A DNA stretch of 64,000 bases, from the NCBI RefSeq assembly GCF_006345805.1, contig NC_042998.1, positions 95,976,001 through 96,040,000 on the forward strand, written 5' to 3'. Position 1 is the first letter of the stretch; the number at the start of each line of letters is the position of its first letter. Made by a program: the position numbers and the translations under genes. The notes under the pieces are model-generated. The model worked only from the letters and a program-made list of their open reading frames with translations. It did not search any database and was not told the DNA's origin. Positions 39,263 through 52,017 of the stretch are shown one piece after another. The stretch is from Octopus sinensis. Taxonomy: Eukaryota.

Positions 39263-42200
39263 ACTTGTGTAAACTTCTAGATATACCAGCCTTAAAACAT
39301 TAGTAGATTGCTAGAGGTAGACTTCTAGAAATACTAGCTTTAGGAAAAAAGACAAGGTTATCATATAGCTGTGATACCTTTGATCATAGATCTTGATCAT
39401 GGCTGACCCAACACTAGGCAATAACACTTGTCACATAAACAAAACTTTTTCACCCAGCAGCTGCATTGTATATTCAGAGTCAATACAGCCACTCTCATGC
39501 TGGCTATTAAATGTTTATTATATTTCTTTTTCAGCTTACATGTTAGCCCATCAATTAATCTCAAACAGAACATAATTTCTTTTTAGTCAATGCAGACTTT
39601 GCAATTTCAATACTACCATATATCACCATAGAACATTACATGTTTCATGCATATAGTTGCCTTCTGCTAATTCTAGTAGATGTGGCATTGCTGAATGGTT
39701 AAGAAACTCACTTTACAATCACAAGGTCCTGGGTTCGATTACAACATCTTGGGCAATTGTATTTTACCACTGCTCTTGGATGAACTCATACCAATTGAAT
39801 GAAACTAGACAGACAGAAACTGTGACAGTGTAGTAGCTTGTTGGATAGACTGCACCTGTAGTTCAATAGTACAGCCTTATCACACACCATGTTATGCTGA
39901 TTCTGCCTGAGAATTGCATTAAGGTTACTCATGTCAGGGGATACTCTGCCACTTGCACACTAATCCAATCAGATGGAAATTCAATGGATTGACTAAGTCA
40001 TTGTTGGCAAAAATCAATAGAGAGCAATTTACATTGCTACTTCTAGTGAACCATCTAAGAACTCCACCAGCTTTATGTCATGGGTGCACCCACTATACCT
40101 GGTGCATTAAAGCCCTAGTTTCCTGTTACTCCTTTAGAAATTACACTGAACTCTTTCTGTATCCATCGCTGGCAAAGAGTATACAATACTGAGTTGTATT
40201 TTTTTCTTTCCTTCATTATTTAACAAAGGCATTTTCTAAATGTAACTGACATTTTATTGTAACTAGACAGCAGTACACTGATAATTAAACATTAATTATT
40301 TCCATTTATCTAATCAATTAAGATTCAAACTACATACAAATGAAAAAAGAATTTTCTACATTTTTTTAAATGATGCAAGTTCAAATATGAAAATTTTAAT
40401 TAGCATATGGCAATTAATTATTGACAGTATTATATAACCATAAAAATTAACTTTAATTTAATAACATTTAAAAAATCTTCTCTTTTTAATGTTAATACAG
40501 TTCTGATGTGTTAACAGTGTTTTCCTTTCAATGTTCAGAATATGTCAAGAAGCTTTTTGTCAACATTGTATGTACAAGCAAATGTAAAACACTCTGTTCT
40601 TATATATGATATATTCATGGATAGAAAAGGAAAAAGAGGAATCAGCCAGACTAGTTTTAATCTTGTGTTGGGAACACAATAGTTCATGGAATACTCATCA
40701 TCATCATCATCGCTTAATGCCTGGCTTCCATGATTGCATGGGCGGGCCAGGCAGAAACCTGCACCAGATTTCTGTAGCTGTTTTGGCAAGATTTTTACAG
40801 CTGGGTGCCCTTCCTAACACCAACCACTCATCAGAGTATACTTAGTGCTTTTTATGCAGCACAAACACAGTTGAGGTCAGTTTTGGCAAAGTTTTTACAG
40901 CTGGATGCCCTTTCAAATGCCAACCACTTTACAGTGTGGGCTGTGTACTTTTAAGTGGCACCTGCACTGACAGGGTCACCAAGTACTTGCAAGACAAAAC
41001 AATCTCTTTTGAGAGGGGAGGGGGCATTGGAGGAGATGATCTTGTGTCAGAGAGACAGAAACAGGCGTCTTGCTGTAGAGGAGGTACATGGTTACCCTGC
41101 CAGGGATAGAGAAAGATCAGGAATAAAGACAGAAACAGATGCACTGCTGTAAAGGAGATACAAGGTTACCCAACCTGAGGGAAGTGCAGGAGAAGGAGAG
41201 AGAGTTGGAGACAGTAATCTATTAAACTTGCAGCCAAGAGTTCATTATCTATGTGAACTGCTCTATTGTTTCCTTAAGCACTTAGTAATTGTGCCTTTCT
41301 CACCATGGACGGTTAAAGAGGATACACAGTTGCTGAGGAAATCTCAATACAAGATTAAGGGAAGTCTAATTAATCCCTCTTTGTTCTGATATTGTATATA
41401 CAAAGTATTCACATCTGTCTTTACATAGTGCTAACTAAAAATCTATAGATATACAGTTCCTCTGCAACAAGAAACCTGTTCTGCTCTGGCCCTTTCTCTC
41501 ATACCACTCCTCTCCTAGGATTTGTAGCTCCCTTAGGATTTGTAGTCTTACAAACTGCATAGTAACCTCACTAGTGTTGAGGGAACAAAAAAGCAAAAAA
41601 AAAAAGTATACACTATAAAGTGACCGGCATTAGGAAGGCACCCAGCCATAGAAACCATGTCAAAGCAGACTCTGGTGAATGATGCAGTCCTTGAACCCAT
41701 TGCATCCTATCAAACCAAGCAACCCTTACCAGCATGGAATGGGGATTTTAAATGATACACTCTCATAACACCATAGAAAGTAAGACAAAGTATTTAATAA
41801 CCACTTGATTACATTTTTCTAAGATCTGTTGTGATAAATAAAAAAAAATTAAAAAAACTTATCAGAGGCAGAAGTAAGAACTGTTCAACTACATAAGCAG
41901 AAATGAACTTTTTGAGATGGAGTTATTTATTGAATTTTGGATGTCTAGTAACTGTTGTTAATCATGCTAAGGATATATATTAAATGAAACAGGTGGCTAT
42001 TCTGACAATAATTAATTGTGGCAACCACAAAATCTGAAAATATGGACTAATAAATCAACTGTATGTCAATGAATAACAAAAAAATTATCCTCACTGACAT
42101 TTTGAACAACATTCAGCTGAAATATCACAAGTAGACTGGTGTGGTATTTCTAGTGTGTTGTTTCAAACTCAGCTAAAGCAGCCTGGGCTTGTGAGATATT

Positions 42201-44503
42201 ACATGTAGATTAAAAAGAAAAAGAAATTTGAGAAAAAGTTTCTGTGAAAAATCTGCATGCCTGTACTCAGTTGACCCAGGAGCACAAGAATCAGATACTG
42301 TAAGACAGGTGAAAAGTATTCTGGTTGGATGAATTAAACTTTAATCTACATGACTCTTACAACTAATTGTATGTTCAGAGACAACCAAGGCAAGAATTTC
42401 TCTCAGAATGCATGAACTCAATAGTCAAGCATGGAGGTGGCAATGTTTGACACTGCATGTCTGGAAAAGGGACCAGATTCATACACCAGACCAAGAGAAT
42501 CATGAACAGTACACTATCTGGAGATCTTGGAAAAGACTACATTTCCATGACAAGAGCCATTTGGGCTGATCAGACTTACACAGACACACATCTGAATACA
42601 AACATGCATACATATATACATACACACACTTCTGTACACATACACTTATATCAGTACACTTATATGCATACTCACACACACATACATTAGTACATTTATA
42701 TGCATGCACCCATATACATACATATCTACATACTTATATACACTTACACCCCCCACCACGATTTCTGTCACTTTCCCTCAACCAAGTTCACTCACAATAT
42801 TGATTGACACGGGTAGAAGACATTTAAGTATACAATTTCTCACTCCAACTCTACTGTAGACTAAATGTTATTATTGGTGTCCTGCTGTTATGCAAATTGA
42901 CTAAATATTATAAAACCAGCATATAGCTTCTTAAAAGTCAATGCAAACCTTGGTTTTGTTGCTTAGTGTACAGTATTTTGTGATTGGTGAAAAACAAGAT
43001 GTAGTAGGATAACAAAATTTTGATGAAATAAAATCTCTTTAATTGAACCAATCAATATTCTGCTAGAAGAGTTTAGTTTGTTTTTTTTTTAATTTTAAAA
43101 TATTCATTTTTATCCTTAATAATATTGAGATATGAAAAGACTACATATTTCCAGGATCGGTGATTACCTAGCTCCTAGTTGTTTCCAAATATTAGTTAAC
43201 AAGCTTTTATAATAACAGTATACATTTAGGGGTGAAATGAAGAAAGGAATACCGTTACAGGATATTGATTACTATGTGTGGTAAGTGAATAAATAAATAT
43301 ATATTCTCATGACAGTTCCTGTTTAGCTGGTATAAAGGAAACAGCTTTTACTATCCATAGTCAATATTCTCACAGTAATAATACAATAAGATGTGTGCGT
43401 GTGTGGTGAATGAGGTGAGGAAAAAGTAATGCTTCGAACAACCCTATTACTCAGTAACTATAATTAACTATTAACTATTTTCATGCGAAGGGCATTCTCA
43501 AACGTTACATTCTCTTTCTGTTATTTCAATCAATTCTGTTTAATAATTTACGGTGTATTGATTGCAGCAGACATGGAACACTATTTAGTTCCTTAAATAT
43601 TGGTAACTATCATTGGTTAACATAAGAAAAATAATTTGATAAAATGGGACAAGAATTTGATAGCGGCAAATAATAGAATGGTTAGATAAAAAAAAAATAT
43701 TAGCAAGAAAAGGTATGCAATTATAGTCCGTTAACTTTGGATTTTAAAAAATCGGATTAGCAGAATCGCTAGTCGTCGGACAAAATCCATAATGGTATTT
43801 AGTTAACGGCCTTTTTTACAATCAACTTTTGCCTTTCATCGTTTAGATGATAGTTGATAAAATAAAGTACCAGTCAAGTATCATATTAAATTTATTTTCG
43901 TTCAATGTACCCTAGATGCGAAATTTACAACGTAAAATGTTTAGGAAAATAGAGAGCGACTCAAACCGATAAACATAAATCATAAACTGTTGAATTAGGA
44001 TGCTTTCACGAGCAATCGTGGGCATCATTTCCTAAGGGTTCATTTCCAATAACGAACCAATGGCATTTTGGAATTTTTCCTAGAGTATAAAAATAGAATT
44101 ATCAAAAGGGTCTTTCTTTAAAAAAATAACATTTTAAATCAAATTTCCAAACATTTGACAAGAGGAAAGCGTTTTTCTAAACAGCTGACCAAAGATCCCG
44201 TTCGATTGATTATAACGAAGAATTTCGTTGTTGTTTTTTTTTAATGTAAACACACATTCAAATATAGAACATATTTGATAGTTTATAAAAAATCTTCGGT
44301 TAATGTTTAACCAAATCTTCAATTACAATATGAAATAAGTTAAATTTCATAGACACACACGACAATTTAATAAACACGAACATAACGCAAATATAAGCGT
44401 ACATAAATACGTCTCTAACACAAACAGCCTGTTTCACAAAAACTGAACAAACATAGGTAGGAATTAAGATTTTACTCCGATAAAGTTAATAATTTTTACT
44501 CAC

Positions 44504-44762
44504 GTTTTACGCTTGTAGCCAGATTTTTCCACAGAGGGGCAAAATTAATGCAGTGTCCACACCAGCTGTTATAAAATTCGACAAACCATAACTTGGAAGA
44601 TCCTGTTACAGTTCGGACGAAATCATTTTCGTTCAAGACATCAACATCATCTGTCTGCGAATTGTAGAGACCGGCTGTTTCAGCTAACGTTAAATGAGAA
44701 ACATTGAAGAAAAACAAAAGCCATAACGCCAGAACAGAAGACTCAAAATAGAATATCCTCAT
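44504..44762 (-). CDS. QSOX: First coding exon of quiescin sulfhydryl oxidase (QSOX1/2-like): signal peptide plus N-terminal thioredoxin domain
   Basis: Hydrophobic leader (MRIFYFESSVLALWLLFFFNVSHLTLA), then GLYNSQTDDVDVL...WFVEFYNSWCGHCINFAPLWKNLATSVK. This matches the QSOX Trx1 pattern (LY...W.VEF..SWCGHCI.FAP.WK.LA..VK) rather than PDI (APWCGHCK). The exon ends at a canonical GTGAGT donor (44503-44498, phase 1). Downstream exons not found in the window. Confidence 0.9.
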
Positions 44763-45534
44763 GTTTCGAAGCTGGCCATTACTCTTTTCACAAGCTATTA
44801 TAAACGAACAACTTGGTCTGAGTGCCAGTAGGAAATGGCTATCAGCTTAAGGAAGTGTTTTTCAACATTTCATATCATGGAATAATTGCATTAATTAAAA
44901 ATCTAGTTGGATTAAAAGAGCGGAGTACAACAACTGCTGTTATATATATACTTCTCTTCCCGCAAAGAATAACTTGTCTGTTTCCTTTTTTTTTTTTTTA
45001 TATATATATACTCGCTGTTGAGGAGTGAGAGAATTTCGACAAGGGAGGTAACTCTTTAACACACACCTACATGTACGCTGCGTATGTGTATGTATACGTA
45101 TAGGTAGATGTATCTATCTATAGCACTACACAAATGTATTGCGTATATTTGTATACATATACACGCAATAAACGGGAAATTCAGGAGCTTCACTAATCGT
45201 TGACTGCAGCTCTTGTGTTTTTGACAGCTTGTCTTACTAAAGAAAAAAAAAAAAAAAAAAAAAGAAACAGATGGTTCCTAAATACGTTTCTATTGTTGTA
45301 GTAGGTGGAGTTAGTAGTGTGACTTTTAAGCAGACGAATAAAACTTTTAACGTAATTTTAAAATGAAACCACCCAAACACATACACGTGTTACAACAAAC
45401 GCTTTTCAATAGCAGTGAAATAAGAAATACACATTTGTTAAATCTATCTATGTCTGTCTGTATGTATGTATGTATGTATGTGTGTATAAGTGTGTGTGTG
45501 TGTGCGTGTGTAATACATTATTAGTAGTAGTAGT

Positions 45535-46153
45535 ATTAGTGAGTTGGCAGAATCGTTGGTATGCCGGGCAAAATGTAGCGGCATTTCATCGGTCTGCACG
45601 TTCTAAGTTCAAATTCCACCGAGGTCTACTTTGCCTTTCATCCTTTTCAGTCGAGCTGGTAGAACCGTTAGCACGCCGAGCGAAGTGCTTAGCTGTATTT
45701 CGTCTGCCGCTACGCTCAGAGTTCAAATTCCGCCGAGGTCGACTTTGCCTTTCATCCTTTCGGGGTCGATAAATTAAGTACCAGTTACGCACTGGGTCGA
45801 TGTAATCGACTAAATCCCTTTGTCTGTCCTTCTTTGTCCCCTCGGTGTTTAGCCCCTTGTGGGTAGTAAAGAAATAGGTATTTCGTCTGCCGTTACGTTC
45901 TGAGTTCAAATTCCGCCGAGGTCGACTTTGCCTTTCATCCTTTCGGGGTCGATTAAATATGTACCAGTTGCGCATTAGGATTGATCTGATCGACTTAAAC
46001 CCTTTGTCTGTCCTTCTTTGTCCCCTCTATGTTTAGCCCCCTGTGGGCAATAAAGAAATGGATAAATTAAGTACCAGTTGAGTAATGGAGTTGATTTAAT
46101 CGGCTATCTCCCTCCCCCAAAATTTCAGGCCTTGTGCTTTTAGTAGAAAGGAT
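45535..46153 (+). mobile_element. Head-to-tail concatemer of SINE family A units
   Basis: Three GAGTTCAAATTCC-GACTTTGCCTTTCATCC modules plus an extra 3' module. CpGs intact. Confidence 0.85.
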
Positions 46154-46240
<87 letters not shown>

Positions 46241-46257
46241 CATCATTATCATTATCA

Positions 46258-46292
<35 letters not shown>
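46154..46292. repeat. (TAC)n/(TAT)n microsatellite
   Basis: Directly visible. Confidence 0.95.
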
Positions 46293-46953
46293 GATGTTTG
46301 ACTTTTGCTTTGTATTTGTACGCAAAGACCCCAAGAGACAATAAGTTAGAAGTTCAACTTCGTGTTATGCCTAAGGTGTCTTAAATATAGTTTTGCACGT
46401 AGTGTTCTTGAGAATGTTTAAGAAAACAAGAAAATTATAAGTTTGTTTTAAAATTTGATATTACATAGGCAGTATTTTACGAAGGATATGGGCAGTTCCC
46501 ATAAACACTCTCTTTTGAATTTCTGCCATTTTAGGGTTTCCTGGTATCTGAGCTAGGTAGGAATCAGCCCCTTTTGCTATCATTCCTAGAGCACCTATGA
46601 CAACAGGTATTGTTTTAGTCTTCAGGTTCCACATATTGCCAATTTCTATTTCAACATCTTTATACTTGCTCAGTTTTCGGTAGGTCTTGACAGATACATT
46701 TATGTCAATTGGGAAGGCATGATTTTTGTCTGAAGTCTTTCAATATAATGTCTGGCCTATTCACATCTACCTTTGTGTCAGTTTGAACAGTGAAGTTCCA
46801 GAGGGATGAGATGTGATCATTTCCAAGCACTGCAGGTAGTTTGTGTTCCCACTAAATTCTATCACAGGGCATGTCAAGGGTTTTGCAAATTACCCACTGA
46901 ATACACTGTGCTGCTCTGTCATGCCTGTTGAGAAGACTGCACATGGATGCAAC
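46293..46953 (-). mobile_element. 5'-truncated R4/Dong-clade non-LTR retrotransposon (restriction-like endonuclease domain) inserted in (TAA)n
   Basis: Minus strand: RHDRAAQCIQWVIC...WEH...LWNFTVQTD..VDVNRPDIILKD...KLSKYKDVEIEIGNMWNLKTKTIPVVIGALG...IQKRVFMGTAHILRKIL* (stop 46461-46463). (TAA)n on both sides. Confidence 0.88.
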
Positions 46954-46974
46954 ATTATTATTATTATTATTATA

Positions 46975-47060
<86 letters not shown>
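46954..47060. repeat. (TAT)n microsatellite
   Basis: Directly visible. Confidence 0.95.
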
Positions 47061-47160
47061 CGTTTGATTGTAGTTACAGCCTGCAAATTCTGCCGATTAA
47101 TAATAGATAAAATATATATACTCACGTTTTGAGTTCTATTTTCTTGTTTGTATCGCCAAA

Positions 47161-47248
47161 CCTACCTACCTACCTACCTACCTACCTACCTACCTACCTA
47201 CCTACCTACCTACCTACCTACCTACCTACCTACCTACCTACCTACCTA
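47161..47248. repeat. (CCTA)n tetranucleotide microsatellite
   Basis: About 22 perfect CCTA units. Confidence 0.95.
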
Positions 47249-47344
47249 TAAATCTATCTATCTACCTATCCTATCTCTGTCTGTCTGTCTGTCAGTCTAT
47301 CTACGCACGCACACTCACTCACTCACTTACTCACTCGCTCACAA

Positions 47345-47376
<32 letters not shown>

Positions 47377-47631
47377 ACACACAAATATGCGCGCGCGCGA
47401 GCGAATGAAAACTTGCACGGAAAGATGACAAAGAAACATACGGAAAACACGTAAAAGAATGGACGGAGACATGCACATCCTTTATCAGTTATCGACCAAA
47501 AATCCTTTGTATGTCTTGCAAAGGGGGAGTCATTAGAGTGTTGGATAAGGTGCCTCACACTATTTGTTCCGACTCTGCGTCTTCAGTTCAGATCCAGTCG
47601 AAGTGGTTAGCCTTTCGGACTCGATAAATAA

Positions 47632-48245
47632 TTTTTTCTACTCTAGGCACAAGGGCCGAAATTTGGGGGGAGGGGGGGCAGTCGATTACATCGATTCCAG
47701 TACACAAATGGTACATAATTTATCGACCTCGAAAGGATGAAAGACAAAGTCGACCTCGGCAGAATTTGAACTCAGAACATAAAGATAGACGAAATACCGC
47801 TAGGCACTTCGACCGGCGTGTTAATGTTTCTTATTTCTTTACTACCTACAAGGGCTAAACATAGAAGGGACAAACAAGGACAGACAAACGGATTGTCGAT
47901 TAGATCGACCCCAGTGCGTAACTGGTACTTAATTTATCGACTCCGAAAGGATGAAAGGCAAAGTCGACCACGACGGAATTTGAACTCAGAACGTAACAGC
48001 AGACGAAATACCTATTTCTTTACCACCCACAAGGGGCTAAACACAGAGGGGACAAACAAGGACAGACAAACGGATCAAGTCGATTACATCGACCCCAGTG
48101 CGTAACTGGTACTTAATTTATCGACTCCGAAAGGATGAAAGGCAAAGTCACCTTCGGCGGAATTTGAACTCAGAACGTAACGGCAGACGAAATACGGCTA
48201 CGCATTTCGCCCGGCGTGCTAACGTTTCTGCCAGCTCGCCGCCTT
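47632..48245 (-). mobile_element. Head-to-tail trimer of SINE family A (opposite orientation to 45535-46153)
   Basis: Three gaaaggatgaaagrcaaagtc...gaatttgaactcagaac modules ending in ctgccagctcgccgcc. Confidence 0.85.
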
Positions 48246-48368
48246 GGATCCGATAAATAATGGAGGTGGTAGGGGTTGGGGTGATTAGCAGAATTGTTAG
48301 AACGTTGGATGAAGTAAGAGATAAATTACAATATATGTTCCGACAGCATTCTGACAGCAGCACTTGGG

Positions 48369-49130
48369 TGGAGTCGCAATGGTCCAGTGGTTAGGGCACG
48401 GACTCGCGGTCGTAAGAACGTGGTTTCGATTCCCGGACCGGGCATTGTTAGTGTTTATTGAGCAAAAACACCTAAGCTCCACGAAGCTCCGGTGGGGGGG
48501 GGGTGAACCCCGCTGTACTCTTTCACAACAACTTTCTCACTCTTTCTTCCTACTTCTGCCACAAAAGAGGGGACCATGGTGTAACCCACTATGGTATGGT
48601 AAACTTTCAGACCCTAGTCTAGATTGCGAATCCTCTGTACCCCAGGATGGTTCAGCTCTCCACCCGTTAAAAGCCACCGTTTACGGAATGAAGATAACAA
48701 CGTAGCTTTCGCGCCCATGCAACCGCCAGTCTATCGCATGTGGTGGGTGCATCTTCAAGCTGCCACACGCATTCTTAGTAGCTTAGAGTAGGCTCGAATT
48801 AGAGATTATTCTTTGTGGCTAATGGCGTGAGTCCTGATTGGAAGAAGAAGAAGAAGAAGAAGAAGAAACACTTGGTGTAGGCAAGGTTGTGAGTTCGATT
48901 CCCGGTATGCGTTGTGTGCTTGAGCAAGAACCTTTATTTCGCGTTGCTCCAGTCCACTCAACTGGCAAAAATGTGTTGTAACTGTAATTTTAAGAGCAAG
49001 CTTCGTCACATTCTGTTTTACACCGAATCTCCCTGAGAACTACGTTGAGAATACACGTCTGTGGAGTGCTCAACCACCTACACGTTAATTTCAACAGGAA
49101 CCCGCGTCGTTGTAACCGATGGAATGCCAG
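48369..49130 (+). mobile_element. SINE family D copies (first ends in a (GAA)n tail at ~48865)
   Basis: tRNA-like head TGGTCCAGTGGTTAGGGC...GGTTTCGATTCCC; second head at ~48880. Confidence 0.6.
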
Positions 49131-50621
49131 TGTCAGAATGTGTGCCTCCCTTGCTACCTATACAGACTTATACTGTAGACCCAAAAGGTGTCGCCCCACC
49201 ACACCATAAAAGCATTACTAGAGCTGGACTGTCCCACCACTAACCTATGCTATTGCTTCGACGGCTGAAGCGCCAAGCTGTATCGGCCTTCTCTTTCCCT
49301 TCATCCACATTATAGAAGATGCAGAGATGAGGAAACTTGTACTCATGAACAGCAGCAGAAGAACTTTTCTGGTGCAGAAATTCATAGTCCGACAGTGATC
49401 AAGAAGTCGAGGTCTCTACACGCCCGGAGTTTTTCTGATTTTTCTCAACCCCGATTTTTACACTGACTGATTTTATTCGCGCAAACGGTGCACCTAAACC
49501 AGGACCCTTTCCAAAAAGCAGACCCACTATAAATAGGGTTGGGTGGAAGACGTATACAAAAATATCAAGGTGGCGAGCCAGCAGAATTATTAGCCTGTCG
49601 GACAAAATGCTTAGCGGCACTTCCTTCGGCTTCTTACGTTCTGAATTCAGATGCCACCAAGGTCATCTTGGCTTTTCAATAAAATGAAGTTCCAGTTAAG
49701 TACTGGGGTCGACGTAATTGACTTGTCCCTTTCACAGTATTACTACCCATGAACTCTGCGACGGAGCGGCATCTCGTTCAAGAGAAAGTTGTGATCTCGT
49801 TCAAGAGAAAGTTGTGATCTCGGTCACTTCTACGCTATGGAAACCGAGTAACTGGTCTTATGAGTCCTATGGCTCGGGAAAAAATATGAGAATATTAATA
49901 AAAATTGTTTTTGATTAAGTTACAAGGCCATTAATTTCGAGAGGAGGAGATTAGTCGTTATATCGAACCAGTACAGTGGCTGGTTTTACTGCAAAGTAGA
50001 TCTTAGTTGGATTTAAATACGGGATGTAAAGAGTTGGAGTAAATATCGCAAAGCAAGCTTTTTGACGCTCTATCAGTTCCGACGCTCTGTTTCTAACAGA
50101 TGTACAAGACTAAAAATTTGGAAAGAAATTCAAATATTCTATACCGTGTTTAATTCATGAAAACAGAGAAATAAAATGGCGAATCTAGTAACTAGCATTT
50201 TGCAAAGATACATAAAGTCAGCTCGTTTACCGTTGCCATTCAATTTGATCATTGCACATTTTAAAATTTTAAATTACATTGCATCTCTACTAACACATCA
50301 GTTTTCATAAAAGCCGAAGGCATTATAACTTTATAGCTATGTGTTCACTTGTATTTGGGTGGTAGCGTTCCCTTGGGGGCATCGTGTGCTTACAAAGAAG
50401 CGGGAAATGTCCAAAGGAGACTTGATGTTCAGAGAGATTATTTATTTTTCTTAGAAAATAAAATATTTAACCCTTTAACAAGGAATACAAAACTTATATT
50501 TTTAAACATATTTTCAAAAACAAAACCTATGTCCAGGTTTAATATATCAATGAACAGAAACGTAAAAGATAATGGATGCTGCTTTGGCATGTGATCTACA
50601 ACTTCAAGGGCGATTACTTTA

Positions 50622-50832
50622 GGTTACAGTTCTATATTTAAGAGATAAGGAATTATGTACATTATTTACATTATTTACATTCGACGGATATTTGTCCTCA
50701 ACTTGTTTGTTGTTAACACAACGTTTCGGCTGATATATTCTCCAGCCTTCTTCAGGTGTCTTGGGGAAATTTCGAACAACAAACAAGATGAGGACAAATA
50801 TCCGTCGAATGTAAATAATGTAAAAAATGTAC
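50622..50832 (-). mobile_element. Penelope-like inverted pseudo-LTR fragment
   Basis: ~58-bp inverted arms (50657-50714 / 50774-50832) enclosing a hammerhead motif. Confidence 0.7.
50715..50760 (-). ncRNA. Type-I hammerhead ribozyme motif
   Basis: GACAC-CUGAAGA-A-GGCUG-GAGAAUAUAU-CAGCC-GAAAC-GUU-GUGUU: intact CUGAnGA and GAAA core, 5-bp stems I and II, NUH triplet GUU, palindromic AACGUU stem III. Confidence 0.75.
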
Positions 50833-51711
50833 TTCAGGCTAGTTTTTAGTTTCTTTACGTTGCAAAACACAAGGCTGACAAACTTGTGTGATCTACGCAC
50901 TTATTCTAATTATTATATCGTTTTTTCTTGGTTTCTTCTTCTTCTTTACTGAGACATAAATGAAACAGGGTTTTATTATTATTAAAATAGTAATAATTTT
51001 GAAAACAATACATTTACAATGCTAAGTATGTACAAAAGAATTTATTGTAAAAATCTATTGTCAACATGTTAAGTCTTTTTAGAAATTGAAAAGTAAACTA
51101 AAAAAGTAACGTAAAGAAATCGCCCTTGATGTTGCAGATCACACGCCAAAGTAGCACCAGACGATGTACCGAGATCCAATGTAATTTCATATAGTTTAAA
51201 TCATCGCCCTCTTTAGTAATTTCTATTAGAATTTAATATTGTGACATGGAATCACTTATCTGCAAATATGTAAGAAGAGGTTGATACTGGGCGGGGTGAT
51301 ATAATTAAATATTGATAATAAACCACTGCACAAAAATTAGCTTTTGTTTGATTAAAATAGTCCCTGTTACCCAAATCATCGAAACATCGAAGACGAGCTG
51401 CACACTGGATTTGATGTACAAGTTTTAAAGCTTTTATTGGCAAGTGTAAACTGAATAAGAGCGAAATTTGGCAGACAAATACGTGGCAAATTCGTCCGTT
51501 CGGTGTGGGAAAATACTTGGAACCGTTCGCTGATGACGTCTTTATAACCTACACAAAAAAGAAAGAAAAAGTAAAAAATTAAAAAACCTGACTAAGTCTT
51601 GAGACCAAAGCAGTGATTTAAAATAATTATTGCATTCTCATTAATTTTTCATGTTTCATTTCATTGTTTCTGTAAGACGGATGTCCCTCCACTTTTACTT
51701 TATGCTCTCAC

Positions 51712-52017
51712 ATCATCATCATCATCGTTTAACGTCCGTTTTCCATGCTAGCATGGATTGGACGGTTCTACCTGGGTCTGGGAATCTAGGAGGCTGCACC
51801 AGGCTCCAGTCTGATCTGGCAGTGTTTCTACAGCTGGATGCCCTTCCTAACGCCAAACACTCCGTGAGTGTAGTGGGTGCTCTTTACGTGCCACCAGCAC
51901 AGGGGCCAGAGGAGGCTGGCAACGGCCACGATTGGTTGGTGCTTTTTACGTGCCACCGGCACGGAAGCCAGACAAGGCGGCGCTGGCATTGGCCACGTTC
52001 GGACGGTGCTTTTTACG
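51712..52017 (-). mobile_element. Family C retroposon
   Basis: (CAT)n tail, ggatgcccttcctaacgcc, and repeated gtgctttttacgtgccaccggcac motifs. Confidence 0.8.

Larger units (their letters stand above)
50577..51156. mobile_element. MITE-like element with ~45-bp terminal inverted repeats
   Basis: tgctgctttggcatgtgatctacaacttcaagggcgattacttta / taaagaaatcgcccttgatgttgcagatcacacgccaaagtagca. TSD not evident. Confidence 0.65.

Noticed and set aside
47161-47248. Possible interstitial telomeric repeat
   Set aside because: The unit is TAGG, not TTAGGG or TTAGG; an ordinary tetranucleotide microsatellite.
51876-52017. CRISPR-like array (24-nt palindromic motif with ~40-nt spacers)
   Set aside because: Spacers are homologous to each other, arrays lie inside a dispersed retroposon, there are no cas genes, and the context is eukaryotic.
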